This document shows positions 36,344-45,644 of a stretch of DNA of 64,000 bases, one piece after another. A program made the position numbers and the translations under genes. Below the pieces are notes generated by a model, which saw nothing but the letters and a program-made list of their open reading frames with translations, ran no database searches and was not told the DNA's origin. The stretch is from an uncultured Alphaproteobacteria bacterium (GTDB taxonomy: Bacteria; Pseudomonadota; Alphaproteobacteria; RF32; CAG-239). The DNA is taken from positions 703-64,702 of the forward strand of contig CALXWH010000001.1 in assembly GCA_944392315.1 (NCBI GenBank), in the 5' to 3' direction. Positions within the stretch are counted from its first letter, which is position 1; each line of letters opens with the position of its first letter.

Positions 36344-38113
36344 TTAGCGAAGTTGAGTACGGTATAGAGAGGCGTAAATTCCATCCGGCTTGTTTATCAA
36401 TTCATCATGCGTACCGATTTCTGCAATTTTTCCATAGTTTACAACAACTATTTTATCAGCATTTCTAACAGTTGATAAACGGTGCGCAATGATAAACACG
36501 GTTCTGTCTGCCATTAGGTTTTCTATCGCTTGTTGCACTATCGCTTCTGACTTGTTATCCAAAGCAGATGTTGCCTCATCCAATATTACAATCGGGGCAT
36601 TTTTTATAAACGCACGAGCAATAGCTATGCGCTGTTTTTGGCCGCCAGACAGCAAAACGCCTCTTTCACCGATTTCTGTATCCAACCCTTTATCCAAAGT
36701 TGATATAAATTCATCCAAGCAAGCGCATTTGACAGCTTTTGCTATTTCTTCGTCCGTGGCATCTTCTTTGCCTAAAATGATATTATCACGAATCGTTCCG
36801 CAAAACAGGAAATTATCTTGGAACACTATCGCTATTTTTGCTCTTAGAGAATCTATATCTAATTCGCGTATATCTACACCGTCTATCATAATTTTACCGC
36901 CGGTAACATCATAAAAACGCGGCAACAAGTTTACTAATGTTGTTTTTCCACCACCAGAATTCCCGACAAATGCAATTGTTTCGCCGATTTTGATTTTCAA
37001 ATTAATGTGATCCAAAACCTGTTTGCCTTTAACATACGAGAAGCAGACATCTTTATATTCTATACAATCTTTCGGCGTCGGCAACATTTTCGGATTTGCA
37101 CAATTCACAATATCCGGCGTTCTTTCTAACACGCTAAATACACGTTCCATAGCCATCAAAGCCATCTGGACACTATTGAAATTATTACCAATGCTTTTTA
37201 TTGGGTTATATAGCATGATTAATGCGGCGATAAATGACACAAAACTTCCGGCGGTAATCTGATGAGTTACAATCAAATATGAACCAAGCCAGATAACTGC
37301 GGCAACACCAAATGATACGATAAAATGCATTAAAGGTGATAACATTCCGGTTCTTTGAATCATCTTCATACCAATTTTGAATACACTGTCCAAAGTGTTG
37401 CAAAAACGCGCATTTTGGTAATCATACAAATTATATGACGCAATAATGCGATTGCCACTATAGGTTTCGTTAAAATGTGTCATTACGGCCGAGCCTGAGA
37501 AAACTGATTTATCCATTAACGACTTTATTCTTTTGCGGACTCTGGTTAATGGGAACAATGCACCCAGCAATACAATTGTGGCCACGATTGCTAATTGCCA
37601 TGAATTGTAAAACAAAACACCTATCAACGAAATTGATGAAAACAAGCGTGTGGTAAATAACTTCATATTATTTAACAATCCACTGCATGCGGCGTCTACA
37701 TCATTATTAAAACGAAAGATGATATCTCCGGAAGTATTTTTATCAAAAAAAGCTGCATTATAGTGCATCAACTTGCCAAACAATTTCTTCTTAACATCCA
37801 TGGCTATTCTTTGTCCGACCCATGTATTTAAATATGTCGCACTGTATGTCAGCAAACTTTGGCACAAACTAAATACTATAATCAACAAAGGAATTAAAAA
37901 AGTTGTGGTTCCTAATGTGCTTTTTTCAACCATTACCACATCCATATACGGCTTTAAGGCCCACGCAATCACCGCATCCATACCACCTATCGGGATGGTT
38001 ATTAACACAGCAATCAAGGCTTTCCATTTGTATGGCATCACATAGGGGAGAATTTTACGATAGTTTACGACAAGATTCAGACTTAAAAACTTTTCTTTTA
38101 TTTTCCGGAACAT
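36344..38113 (-). CDS. ABC exporter, fused permease/ATPase (MsbA-like)
   Basis: 6-TM domain followed by Walker A GNSGGGKTT, signature LSGGQKQRIAIARA and Walker B ILDEATSALD. Confidence 0.88.
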   Translation of the reverse strand: MFRKIKEKFLSLNLVVNYRKILPYVMPYKWKALIAVLITIPIGGMDAVIAWALKPYMDVVMVEKSTLGTTTFLIPLLIIVFSLCQSLLTYSATYLNTWVGQRIAMDVKKKLFGKLMHYNAAFFDKNTSGDIIFRFNNDVDAACSGLLNNMKLFTTRLFSSISLIGVLFYNSWQLAIVATIVLLGALFPLTRVRKRIKSLMDKSVFSGSAVMTHFNETYSGNRIIASYNLYDYQNARFCNTLDSVFKIGMKMIQRTGMLSPLMHFIVSFGVAAVIWLGSYLIVTHQITAGSFVSFIAALIMLYNPIKSIGNNFNSVQMALMAMERVFSVLERTPDIVNCANPKMLPTPKDCIEYKDVCFSYVKGKQVLDHINLKIKIGETIAFVGNSGGGKTTLVNLLPRFYDVTGGKIMIDGVDIRELDIDSLRAKIAIVFQDNFLFCGTIRDNIILGKEDATDEEIAKAVKCACLDEFISTLDKGLDTEIGERGVLLSGGQKQRIAIARAFIKNAPIVILDEATSALDNKSEAIVQQAIENLMADRTVFIIAHRLSTVRNADKIVVVNYGKIAEIGTHDELINKPDGIYASLYRTQLR

Positions 38114-38307
38114 AGGTCTTCCTAATACATATTACACACACTTAAAAAATCTGCTCTTTTTGCAGATTTGTATTTTTGTAACAGTTTTTTTATCAGATGT
38201 AAACACTAAACCGTATTTTATGCCTATGTTCCTCATCTCTTCTTTACTTGCAAAATAAAAAAGCCATCCTTCCAGATGACTTCTTGTTTATAACAACTTA
38301 TAAACGA

Positions 38308-38511
38308 CTACAATATTTCTATTGAACCGGCGGCGGTACGACCACGGTCATCATAAATTTCATAGCTTACACGTTGACCTTCATATAACTTTCTTAATCC
38401 CTTTTCCTCCAACTTTGTAATGTGTACAAATACATCTTTGCCGCCATTTTCCGGTTGAATAAAACCATATCCTTTGCGGGAATTAAACCACTTAACAGTT
38501 CCTGTTGTCAT
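38308..38511 (-). CDS. cspA: cold-shock protein (CspA family)
   Basis: GTVKWFNSRKGYGFI (RNP1) and DVFVH (RNP2); 67 aa. Confidence 0.95.
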   Translation of the reverse strand: MTTGTVKWFNSRKGYGFIQPENGGKDVFVHITKLEEKGLRKLYEGQRVSYEIYDDRGRTAAGSIEIL

Positions 38512-38610
38512 TTTATCTCCTATCTTTAATAGTTACACCTACTCCGTTAGGTTGCCCTAACGAGTATATCTTATAATACTATTTATTTTAGAGTCAATAA
38601 AAAAAAACTT

Positions 38611-38982
38611 CTATAGGTTGTTTTTTGATAAAATATTTTGGAGATGTGTTTTGATATATTCCTTAAACTCCGGATTTATCCCTTTTTCTTTACTCTTCTT
38701 TTCAAGCAAATCCACAATATTCTGTTGGTACTTCGGCTTATTCATCGCTATTTTTGCCAAATACCAAACTGTTCCCTCAAAGACTTGCTTTTCTTCACTT
38801 TCTAACCCTTTTAACATACTTTCATATGTAGGGGAAAAACGCTTTTTTATTTCCGTATTATTGAGTACATATGAGGCTTTTTGAATTTTGTGCGCTTCGG
38901 CCGGTGTGATATCTCCCACCTTCCGACCAATTAAGAAATCTTTTATCTTCTTAAACATAGATGCGCTTACGCCTTCGGTCAT
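38611..38982 (-). CDS. hypothetical protein
   Basis: 123-aa helical, lysine-rich ORF. No motif recognised. Confidence 0.45.
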   Translation of the reverse strand: MTEGVSASMFKKIKDFLIGRKVGDITPAEAHKIQKASYVLNNTEIKKRFSPTYESMLKGLESEEKQVFEGTVWYLAKIAMNKPKYQQNIVDLLEKKSKEKGINPEFKEYIKTHLQNILSKNNL

Positions 38983-39119
38983 ATTTTCTCTCCCTTGATT
39001 GCACTTTTTCTAAGTTAAAATAAGCGGAGTTTTTTCTTTTTGCAACCATTTTTCTGTTGAAGATGTGAAAAATGATTGACTCTTATTTTTATTTATACTA
39101 TCTAATGCTTTCGTTAGAT

Positions 39120-39193
39120 TGCTTCATCGTCTAATGGTAGGACAGCGGACTCTGACTCCGTTAATCTTGGTTCGAATCCAGGTGAAGCAGCCA
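39120..39193 (+). tRNA. tRNA-Gln (CTG)
   Basis: Hand-folded: acceptor tgcttca/tgaagca, anticodon loop ctCTGac, T-loop ttcgaat, encoded CCA; 74 nt. Confidence 0.88.
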
Positions 39194-39243
39194 TATTAAT
39201 CCATATTTCCCCCTGTTCATCTTTAATGATGGTAGGGGATTTT

Positions 39244-40254
39244 TTATGCCTCATTTATCACCTTTTTCATCAAGGTTGACAGCGGATATTTTGATAATTC
39301 CTCTTTTGACACAAAAAAGCTATCCGGCAAAAGCGGCGTGTTACTTCTCATTTTATAAATCTCCAATGTTAGTTTTATATGGGTGAAAACATGGGTTACG
39401 CTTTTTTGGGTATCTTCTGCTTTATCCCAGATTATTCCCTCGTCTTTCCATGGAAATTCATAAAGGCCGCTTAATAGTCCCTTTTCCGTTCTTTTACGGA
39501 GCAGGTAGGCGCCTTGTTCATTTTGGATCAGATACACGCTTCCTTTCTTCTCTTTTTTAGATAATTTCGTACGAATCGGAATTTGCTCCAAATCCTTCTT
39601 ATCTTTAGACTGGCAAAAATCTTTTAGAGGACACAGAAGACATTGCGGATTTTTTGGCGTGCATATCATGGCGCCCAAATCCATAATTGCCGACGCATAA
39701 TCAGCGGCGTGATTTATATCCGTTAAAGCCTCCGCTTTTGCTCGTATTTCTTCTTTAATGCTATCTAACGGTTCGGTTAAATGATACAAACGGCAAATTA
39801 TGCGCATCACATTGCCGTCTATTACCGTTTCCGGCTGATTATAGGCTAAGGCCAAAAAACTTGCGACCGTATATGAACCGATGCCTTTTAATTTTAATAC
39901 ATCTTCTCTTGTTTTTGGGAAATTGCCCCCGTATTCTTTCACGATAATCTTTGCTGTTGTATGCAGTGAGCGCGCTCTTGTATAATATCCTAATCCTTGC
40001 CACATAGCATAGACTTCTTCTTCAGAGGCTTTAGCTAAGTCTTCTATTGTCGGAAACCGCTCCATAAAACGTTTAAAATATGGAATAACCGTTTTAACGG
40101 TCGTTTGTTGTAACATAAATTCTGATACCAAAATAACATAAGGGTTTGGATGAGCACCTCCTTTTACTCTCCAAGGAAGTTCTCTTCCATCTTCTTTGTA
40201 CCAGGCTAAAAGTTTTTGGGAAATTTTATGTTTGTCAACCATGCTCTTTCTCAT
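39244..40254 (-). CDS. mutY: A/G-specific adenine DNA glycosylase
   Basis: LLAWYKEDGRELPWR, HhH-GPD region, Fe-S cluster CTPKNPQCLLCPLKDFC, NUDIX-like C-terminal domain. Start set at ATG 40254 because the ORF-track extension to 40329 runs into tRNA-Leu. Confidence 0.9.
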   Translation of the reverse strand: MRKSMVDKHKISQKLLAWYKEDGRELPWRVKGGAHPNPYVILVSEFMLQQTTVKTVIPYFKRFMERFPTIEDLAKASEEEVYAMWQGLGYYTRARSLHTTAKIIVKEYGGNFPKTREDVLKLKGIGSYTVASFLALAYNQPETVIDGNVMRIICRLYHLTEPLDSIKEEIRAKAEALTDINHAADYASAIMDLGAMICTPKNPQCLLCPLKDFCQSKDKKDLEQIPIRTKLSKKEKKGSVYLIQNEQGAYLLRKRTEKGLLSGLYEFPWKDEGIIWDKAEDTQKSVTHVFTHIKLTLEIYKMRSNTPLLPDSFFVSKEELSKYPLSTLMKKVINEA

Positions 40255-40284
40255 ACAAAAAAGCCTCCTTGCGGAGGTTTTTAA
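40255..40284 (-). terminator. terminator of tRNA-Leu whose 3' arm contains the mutY Shine-Dalgarno
   Basis: Minus strand cctcc/gcaa/ggagg followed by cttttttgt, then ATG. Confidence 0.6.
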
Positions 40285-40370
40285 TGGTGCTCTGGAGAAG
40301 ACTTGAACTTCCACTGCCTGAGGCAACATGCACCTGAAGCATGCGCGTCTACCAATTTCGCCACCAGAGC
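40285..40370 (-). tRNA. tRNA-Leu (CAG)
   Basis: Hand-folded: acceptor gctctgg/ccagagc, anticodon loop ttCAGgt, long variable arm, T-loop ttcaagt, encoded CCA; 86 nt. Confidence 0.88.
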
Positions 40371-40437
40371 AACGTCTTTTTTATTACTTGCTTTTTTTAT
40401 ATTAGTCAATACTTTTTATCTTTTTTATAGCGCTTTC

Positions 40438-41247
40438 TCACAAGACGTTGTATGCATCAAGCAATAGGCAAATTCCAAGGATGATACGATAGATAACAAA
40501 CGGCAGATAGGTTGCGTGACGCAGCCATTGCATCATCAAAAATATAGCTGAAAGTGAAAAGATAAACGATAGCCCTATTGCCTGATAAGCCATTGTTAAC
40601 TGGCTTAATTCTCCACCTTGGTAAATCTCATACATAGCTAATATTCCTGCCGCCAATATGGCCGGCACTGACAGTAACATTGAAAATTTTGCCACTTCGC
40701 TACGATTGTAACCTAAAAAACGACCCACCGTGATGGTTACTCCTGAACGGCTTGTCCCCGGCAGAAAGGCTAAGCACTGCGCAAAACCGATAAACATAGC
40801 GTCCTTAAGACTCATTTCTTTTAGTGTCTTAGATGTGCTAAACTTTGTGTCTGCATACCACAAAATAATTGAATAGATTATCAACAGCCACCCTATTAAC
40901 TTGGTGCTTCTGGTCCAATCCATCCCTATATACTTCATAGCACCGCCGATGACTATAGCAGGAATCGTTGCGCAAATGATATAATATGCCAGTCTTACCC
41001 CTTCCACTTGGAAATTCGGCAAAAATTTTTCTTTGAATAAATCCACCAGCATCTGTTGTATGGTCTTCCAAAAATAGAGTACTACAGCTATCAAAGACCC
41101 TATATGCAAAGCAATATCAATCACCTGGCCTTGATCTGCAAATGATGTATATTTGGAAAACAATATTAGATGTCCGGAAGAACTTACCGGTAAAAACTCT
41201 GTCAGTCCTTGAATAAGAGCTAACCAAAATACTTGCATATCTATCAT
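40438..41247 (-). CDS. uppP: undecaprenyl-diphosphate phosphatase
   Basis: LTEFLPVSSSGHL and PGTSRSG motifs; 8 TM segments. Confidence 0.93.
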   Translation of the reverse strand: MIDMQVFWLALIQGLTEFLPVSSSGHLILFSKYTSFADQGQVIDIALHIGSLIAVVLYFWKTIQQMLVDLFKEKFLPNFQVEGVRLAYYIICATIPAIVIGGAMKYIGMDWTRSTKLIGWLLIIYSIILWYADTKFSTSKTLKEMSLKDAMFIGFAQCLAFLPGTSRSGVTITVGRFLGYNRSEVAKFSMLLSVPAILAAGILAMYEIYQGGELSQLTMAYQAIGLSFIFSLSAIFLMMQWLRHATYLPFVIYRIILGICLLLDAYNVL

Positions 41248-41288
41248 TTTATCCTCTCTTTGTTTTTATGGAGTATAGGGGGGATTTC

Positions 41289-42710
41289 TTAAAAATCAAA
41301 TAAACTTTCTTGTTTATTCTCGTCTTGCGAATTTTTAGATTTTTTAGTTTTCGGTTTTATATTGTTTTTTATTTCTGCATCGCTTGTTTGTGTTGTTTCT
41401 CTAAGATAACTTTTAATTTCGCCATCGGCAAAGCGTATGGTTAATTCTTGTTCTTGTTCGGCTGAATGCTTGCCATATATGGTTTTGCCTTGACTATCTT
41501 TGACCCAAGCAAATCCACGTTTTAAAACAGATTCTACCGAGACGCCTTCCAACCGGTGTGTCAGGCCTTGCAATCTCTCTGTATATTTTTCAACCATTGT
41601 GTTAATATAAACCGGCTTTATTTCTGCCAATGCCAGTGCATTTTTCTTCTGCATCACAACATTTTTAACCGCATTTAGCAATCTTTCCCAGCGATAATCT
41701 AATTTTTGCATATTTTCGTTTAAAATTTGCTGCAAATTGGGAATACCTCGGCCTAAGCCTTCTATTTTATTCTTATATTCTTCAAGGCTCCTCCTCATGG
41801 CGTTTTTCATTCTGTTATCTAAAATATTGACATTTACAACCAATTCGCTTTTAACCGGTACGGCAAACTCTGCCGCACCCGTTGGGGTTGGTGCGCGTTT
41901 ATCTGACACATAGTCTATCAGCATTGTATCGGTTTCATGCCCCACGGCTGAAATTATCGGTATTTCCGAATCGTAAACTGCCCTTATCACGATTTCTTCA
42001 TTAAATGGCCACAAATCTTCCAAACTACCTCCGCCTCGGGCGACAATAATAACGTCCGGACGTCTGATTTTTCCGCCTTTGGGTAAATCATTAAACCCTC
42101 TAATAGCCGCTGCCACTTTTTCTGCAGCTCCCTCTCCTTGTACCGGTGTGGGCCAGAGCAATATATAACTTGGAAATCTATCTCGGATACGGTGAATAAT
42201 ATCTCTTATCACTGCCCCGGATGCGCTGGAAACAACACCGATTGTTTCAGGAAGAAACGGTATAGGCTTTTTATGAGAAGCATCAAAAAGTCCTTCTTTG
42301 ATAAATTGTTGTTTGCGTTCTTCCAACAATTTCAGCAAAGCGCCCTGTCCCGCAGGCTCCAAACTTTCTATAACCAATTGATATGATGATTTCCCGGAAA
42401 AAGTGGTAATTTTTCCGGTTGCTATGACTTCTAATCCATCTTCTATTTTGACTTTTAATGAAGAGGCAACACCACGCCAACATACCGCTGATAAGACGGC
42501 ATTTTCATCTTTGAGCGATAAATACCAATGCCCCGAATCTGCTCGTTTTGCCCCAAAAATTTCACCTCTGACCAAAACATAACTGAAGTTGCCTTCTACG
42601 TATCTTTTTATTTCATTAGATAGCTCGGTAACCGTTTTGGCTTGTGGTTGTGGTGATGTTTGCTCTGTTGAGGGTGTTCTTTCTTCAAAATCAAAACTCA
42701 AATCCATCAT
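41289..42710 (-). CDS. xseA: exodeoxyribonuclease VII large subunit
   Basis: N-terminal OB-fold (VRGEI..........GHWYLSLKD), catalytic core ARGGGSLEDLWPFN, and C-terminal coiled coil. Confidence 0.9.
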   Translation of the reverse strand: MMDLSFDFEERTPSTEQTSPQPQAKTVTELSNEIKRYVEGNFSYVLVRGEIFGAKRADSGHWYLSLKDENAVLSAVCWRGVASSLKVKIEDGLEVIATGKITTFSGKSSYQLVIESLEPAGQGALLKLLEERKQQFIKEGLFDASHKKPIPFLPETIGVVSSASGAVIRDIIHRIRDRFPSYILLWPTPVQGEGAAEKVAAAIRGFNDLPKGGKIRRPDVIIVARGGGSLEDLWPFNEEIVIRAVYDSEIPIISAVGHETDTMLIDYVSDKRAPTPTGAAEFAVPVKSELVVNVNILDNRMKNAMRRSLEEYKNKIEGLGRGIPNLQQILNENMQKLDYRWERLLNAVKNVVMQKKNALALAEIKPVYINTMVEKYTERLQGLTHRLEGVSVESVLKRGFAWVKDSQGKTIYGKHSAEQEQELTIRFADGEIKSYLRETTQTSDAEIKNNIKPKTKKSKNSQDENKQESLFDF

Positions 42711-43621
42711 AAATCCAATAATCCTTTTGCAAAATCTTCTGCCTTAAACGTATCCATATCGTCTGCTTGCTCACCCACGCCTACATAATACACAGGAATG
42801 GCTGTTTCGGCGGCTATGGCTATCAATATTCCCCCACGGGAGGACCCATCTAATTTGGTCACGATAATGCCGTTTACATCTACTAAATCTTTGAACGTTT
42901 TGACTTGATCTAAGCCGTTTTGCCCGGTTGTTGCATCTATGGTTATCAGGGTTTTATGCGGCGCGTCCGGTACAACTTTTTTTATGACGCGAACAATCTT
43001 TTGCAGCTCTTCCATCAAACCCTTTTTATTTTGCAGACGGCCAGCCGTATCAATAAACACTATATCATCCCCTTCTTTAATGGCTTTTACCAAACCATCA
43101 TAACATAGTCCGGCGCTATCACATCCCGGTTCTCCAGAATATACGCGGATACTGTTACGGGCTCCCCATATTTCTAATTGTTCCACCGCGGCTGCTCTAA
43201 ACGTGTCTCCGGCAATAAACGATACTTGATAGCCCTCTTTTGCGAATTTTTTACCTAATTTACCAATCGTTGTGGTTTTGCCGGCCCCGTTTACGCCAAC
43301 CATTAAAATCACATAGGGCTTTTTGCTGGTGTCTATGATAAATTCTTGTTCTGATTTTTTGAGAATCTCGGTGATATCTTTACAGAGTTCTTGCTTAATG
43401 GCGGTTATATCGCTGCCTTTCTCAAACTTTTTGGAGGTAAATTTTCCGACAATTTCTGAAGAAGCCTTCACCCCGACATCTGCACTGTATAAAAGCTCTT
43501 CCAAATCCGTTATCACATCTTCAGACAGGCTTTCTTTGGTGAAAATATCACTGATACCTTGGCTTAAATTTTTGGAGGTTTTCTTTAATCCTAAACCCAG
43601 TTTTTGAAAAAAATTACTCAT
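42707..43621 (-). CDS. ftsY: signal recognition particle receptor FtsY
   Basis: GVNGAGKTTTIGKL, DTAGR and TKLDG GTPase motifs. 4-nt overlaps with both neighbouring genes. Confidence 0.95.
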   Translation of the reverse strand: MSNFFQKLGLGLKKTSKNLSQGISDIFTKESLSEDVITDLEELLYSADVGVKASSEIVGKFTSKKFEKGSDITAIKQELCKDITEILKKSEQEFIIDTSKKPYVILMVGVNGAGKTTTIGKLGKKFAKEGYQVSFIAGDTFRAAAVEQLEIWGARNSIRVYSGEPGCDSAGLCYDGLVKAIKEGDDIVFIDTAGRLQNKKGLMEELQKIVRVIKKVVPDAPHKTLITIDATTGQNGLDQVKTFKDLVDVNGIIVTKLDGSSRGGILIAIAAETAIPVYYVGVGEQADDMDTFKAEDFAKGLLDL

Positions 43622-44652
43622 TTTTCCTCCTTTCTTAGGTTTCTTAATCTTTCTGCACGCTCACGTCTTATATTAACCGGAACTTGAGGCATTCTTGCCG
43701 CCGGTGTTCCCGGGCGTTCTGAGTATGGAAAGACGTGCAGTTTGTCTATACCTGCTTCTTCCACCAGTTTCAGCGTATTGGCAAAATTTTCTTCGGTTTC
43801 TGTCGGAAATCCGCAAATAAAATCAGCTCCGAATACACTTTCCGGACGAATTTCCCTTAGTCTTTTACAGAGTTTGATAACATCCTCGCGACTGTGGCGG
43901 CGCCCCATTCTTTTTAATATCAGATTATCTCCAGACTGTATTGAAAAATGAAAATGCGGCTGTATGTTCGGATACGTTTTAACAAGTTCTATAAATTTAT
44001 CATCAATTGCCGCCGGATCAAGCGAACCGAATTGTAAAGATGGAAGCTCTGGAAATTCTTTTAATATATCCTCTACCAACTCGCTAAAGCTCGGTTCGTA
44101 TGAACAAGCATCTATACCGGTTAAACAAATTTCCTTAAATCCTTTTTCCAGCAGTATACGTATTTGCTCAATTATTTTTTCTTTTTTAACCGAGCGGTTG
44201 GCTCCTCTTGCATACGGAACGATACAATATGTGCAACGGTGATTACATCCTTGTTGTATCTCAACAAAAGCACGTTCTCTGCCTTCAAACCCCGTAATCA
44301 TATATGCATCATATCCTGAAAAAGAAAATATATCTCCAACAATTTTCTTCTTATCAGAAACCAAATATTTTTCTATTTCTGTTTTTTCTTTATTACCCAA
44401 AACCAAATCAACTTCCGGCATGGAGGCGAATCTTTCGGCACTGACTTGCGCGGCACACCCGGTCACAATGATTTTGGCTTCAGGATTTTCTTTTTTCATC
44501 TTGCGGATTGTCTGACGGCACTGTCTTTCTGCCTCGGCGGTTACGGCACATGTGTTGACGACAATGATATTATCGTAGTTTTTTAGTTTTTCTTTAAATA
44601 TTTCACTTTCGTAGCTGTTTATGCGACATCCGAATGTTATTACTTTTACCAT
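43618..44652 (-). CDS. mtaB: radical-SAM methylthiotransferase, MtaB-like, lacking a C-terminal TRAM domain
   Basis: UPF0004 N-terminal domain (FGCRINSYES) and radical SAM CNHRCTYCIVP. Ends after the radical-SAM core (344 aa). mtaB-ftsY synteny. Confidence 0.75.
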   Translation of the reverse strand: MVKVITFGCRINSYESEIFKEKLKNYDNIIVVNTCAVTAEAERQCRQTIRKMKKENPEAKIIVTGCAAQVSAERFASMPEVDLVLGNKEKTEIEKYLVSDKKKIVGDIFSFSGYDAYMITGFEGRERAFVEIQQGCNHRCTYCIVPYARGANRSVKKEKIIEQIRILLEKGFKEICLTGIDACSYEPSFSELVEDILKEFPELPSLQFGSLDPAAIDDKFIELVKTYPNIQPHFHFSIQSGDNLILKRMGRRHSREDVIKLCKRLREIRPESVFGADFICGFPTETEENFANTLKLVEEAGIDKLHVFPYSERPGTPAARMPQVPVNIRRERAERLRNLRKEEK

Positions 44653-44714
44653 ATGTTTTTCCTTTTTTATATTATTCGGATGATATTCGCTATTTCTGAT
44701 TTGTGCAAGCTAAA

Positions 44715-45644
44715 TTAAAGCATTTGCCGATATTTTATCGGTATTCCTTTCGTATAACTATACCATAATGGTTTGAGATATGAATGTATAAACCACGGCG
44801 TCCACGGTTTGTGACCAGCAAAATGTAAAATTATGGCTCTATCATATACTTCTCTTGGTGTTTGCGGAACACTTTCTTGGAAGAAATTACTTAGAAATTT
44901 TGCGTCTTTTTCTTCAAAAAATACACTGTTGCAGTTGTATTTATATGAAAGTGATTTTACGGCTTTTCCAAATACAACATTTAACACATCTTGGTCGCCA
45001 AATACTTCATTATGTGTATTAAAATATATAACGGCGCTACGAATAATATCGTCTTTACGAATCTTGGCTAAATTCAGCAACATTACCCCGCTGTTGAAAT
45101 AAAAATCTTTATTACTCAAATTTACTTCCTTGATGTGTTCGGGAAATTGATACATAAGCCCATCTTTGACGGCGGCTACATATTGCCCGGAAATATCTGT
45201 TGCATACAATTCACTTAAATCATCCTGTATTAGTGTATCTGCATCTAAATACAAAACTTTATCCAAATACGGCAAATAATCAGCTATAAAAATTTTTTGC
45301 AAAGACACCTTAAATGACTCAAAACGTCCCAATCGGTTATAATCAAGCGCTTGCTCCTGACTTGGGTAAATATCTATTTTGACATTTTCTTTAGACATAG
45401 ATTGCAGATGGTGAATATCCTCTGCATCTAAATCTTGACTAATGACGTGAATATGATATTGACTGGCCGGATGTTTATTTTTGATAGCCGAATTTATGGA
45501 TACCATCATATACGGTAAATATTTTGTGTCTGTCATATAAGCGATATTCACTACTTTTGGTCTTAGGCAAAATATAGCTATTGCCAAAGCCATTAAAGCG
45601 ATTATTATTCCGCAAAGCAAATACTTAAATTTTGGCGACATCAT
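44715..45644 (-). CDS. glycosyltransferase family 8 (LPS/LOS glycosyltransferase-like), membrane-anchored
   Basis: N-terminal TM, DxD motif LYLDADTL, NSGVMLLN and HFAGHKPW. Confidence 0.8.
   Translation of the reverse strand: MMSPKFKYLLCGIIIALMALAIAIFCLRPKVVNIAYMTDTKYLPYMMVSINSAIKNKHPASQYHIHVISQDLDAEDIHHLQSMSKENVKIDIYPSQEQALDYNRLGRFESFKVSLQKIFIADYLPYLDKVLYLDADTLIQDDLSELYATDISGQYVAAVKDGLMYQFPEHIKEVNLSNKDFYFNSGVMLLNLAKIRKDDIIRSAVIYFNTHNEVFGDQDVLNVVFGKAVKSLSYKYNCNSVFFEEKDAKFLSNFFQESVPQTPREVYDRAIILHFAGHKPWTPWFIHSYLKPLWYSYTKGIPIKYRQML

Noticed and set aside
40255-40329. N-terminal 25 codons of the ORF-track mutY model (MLPQAVEVQVFSRAPLKTSARRLFC).
   Set aside because: This stretch is the antisense-free reading of the tRNA-Leu(CAG) gene and its terminator. 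The MutY homology begins after ATG 40254.
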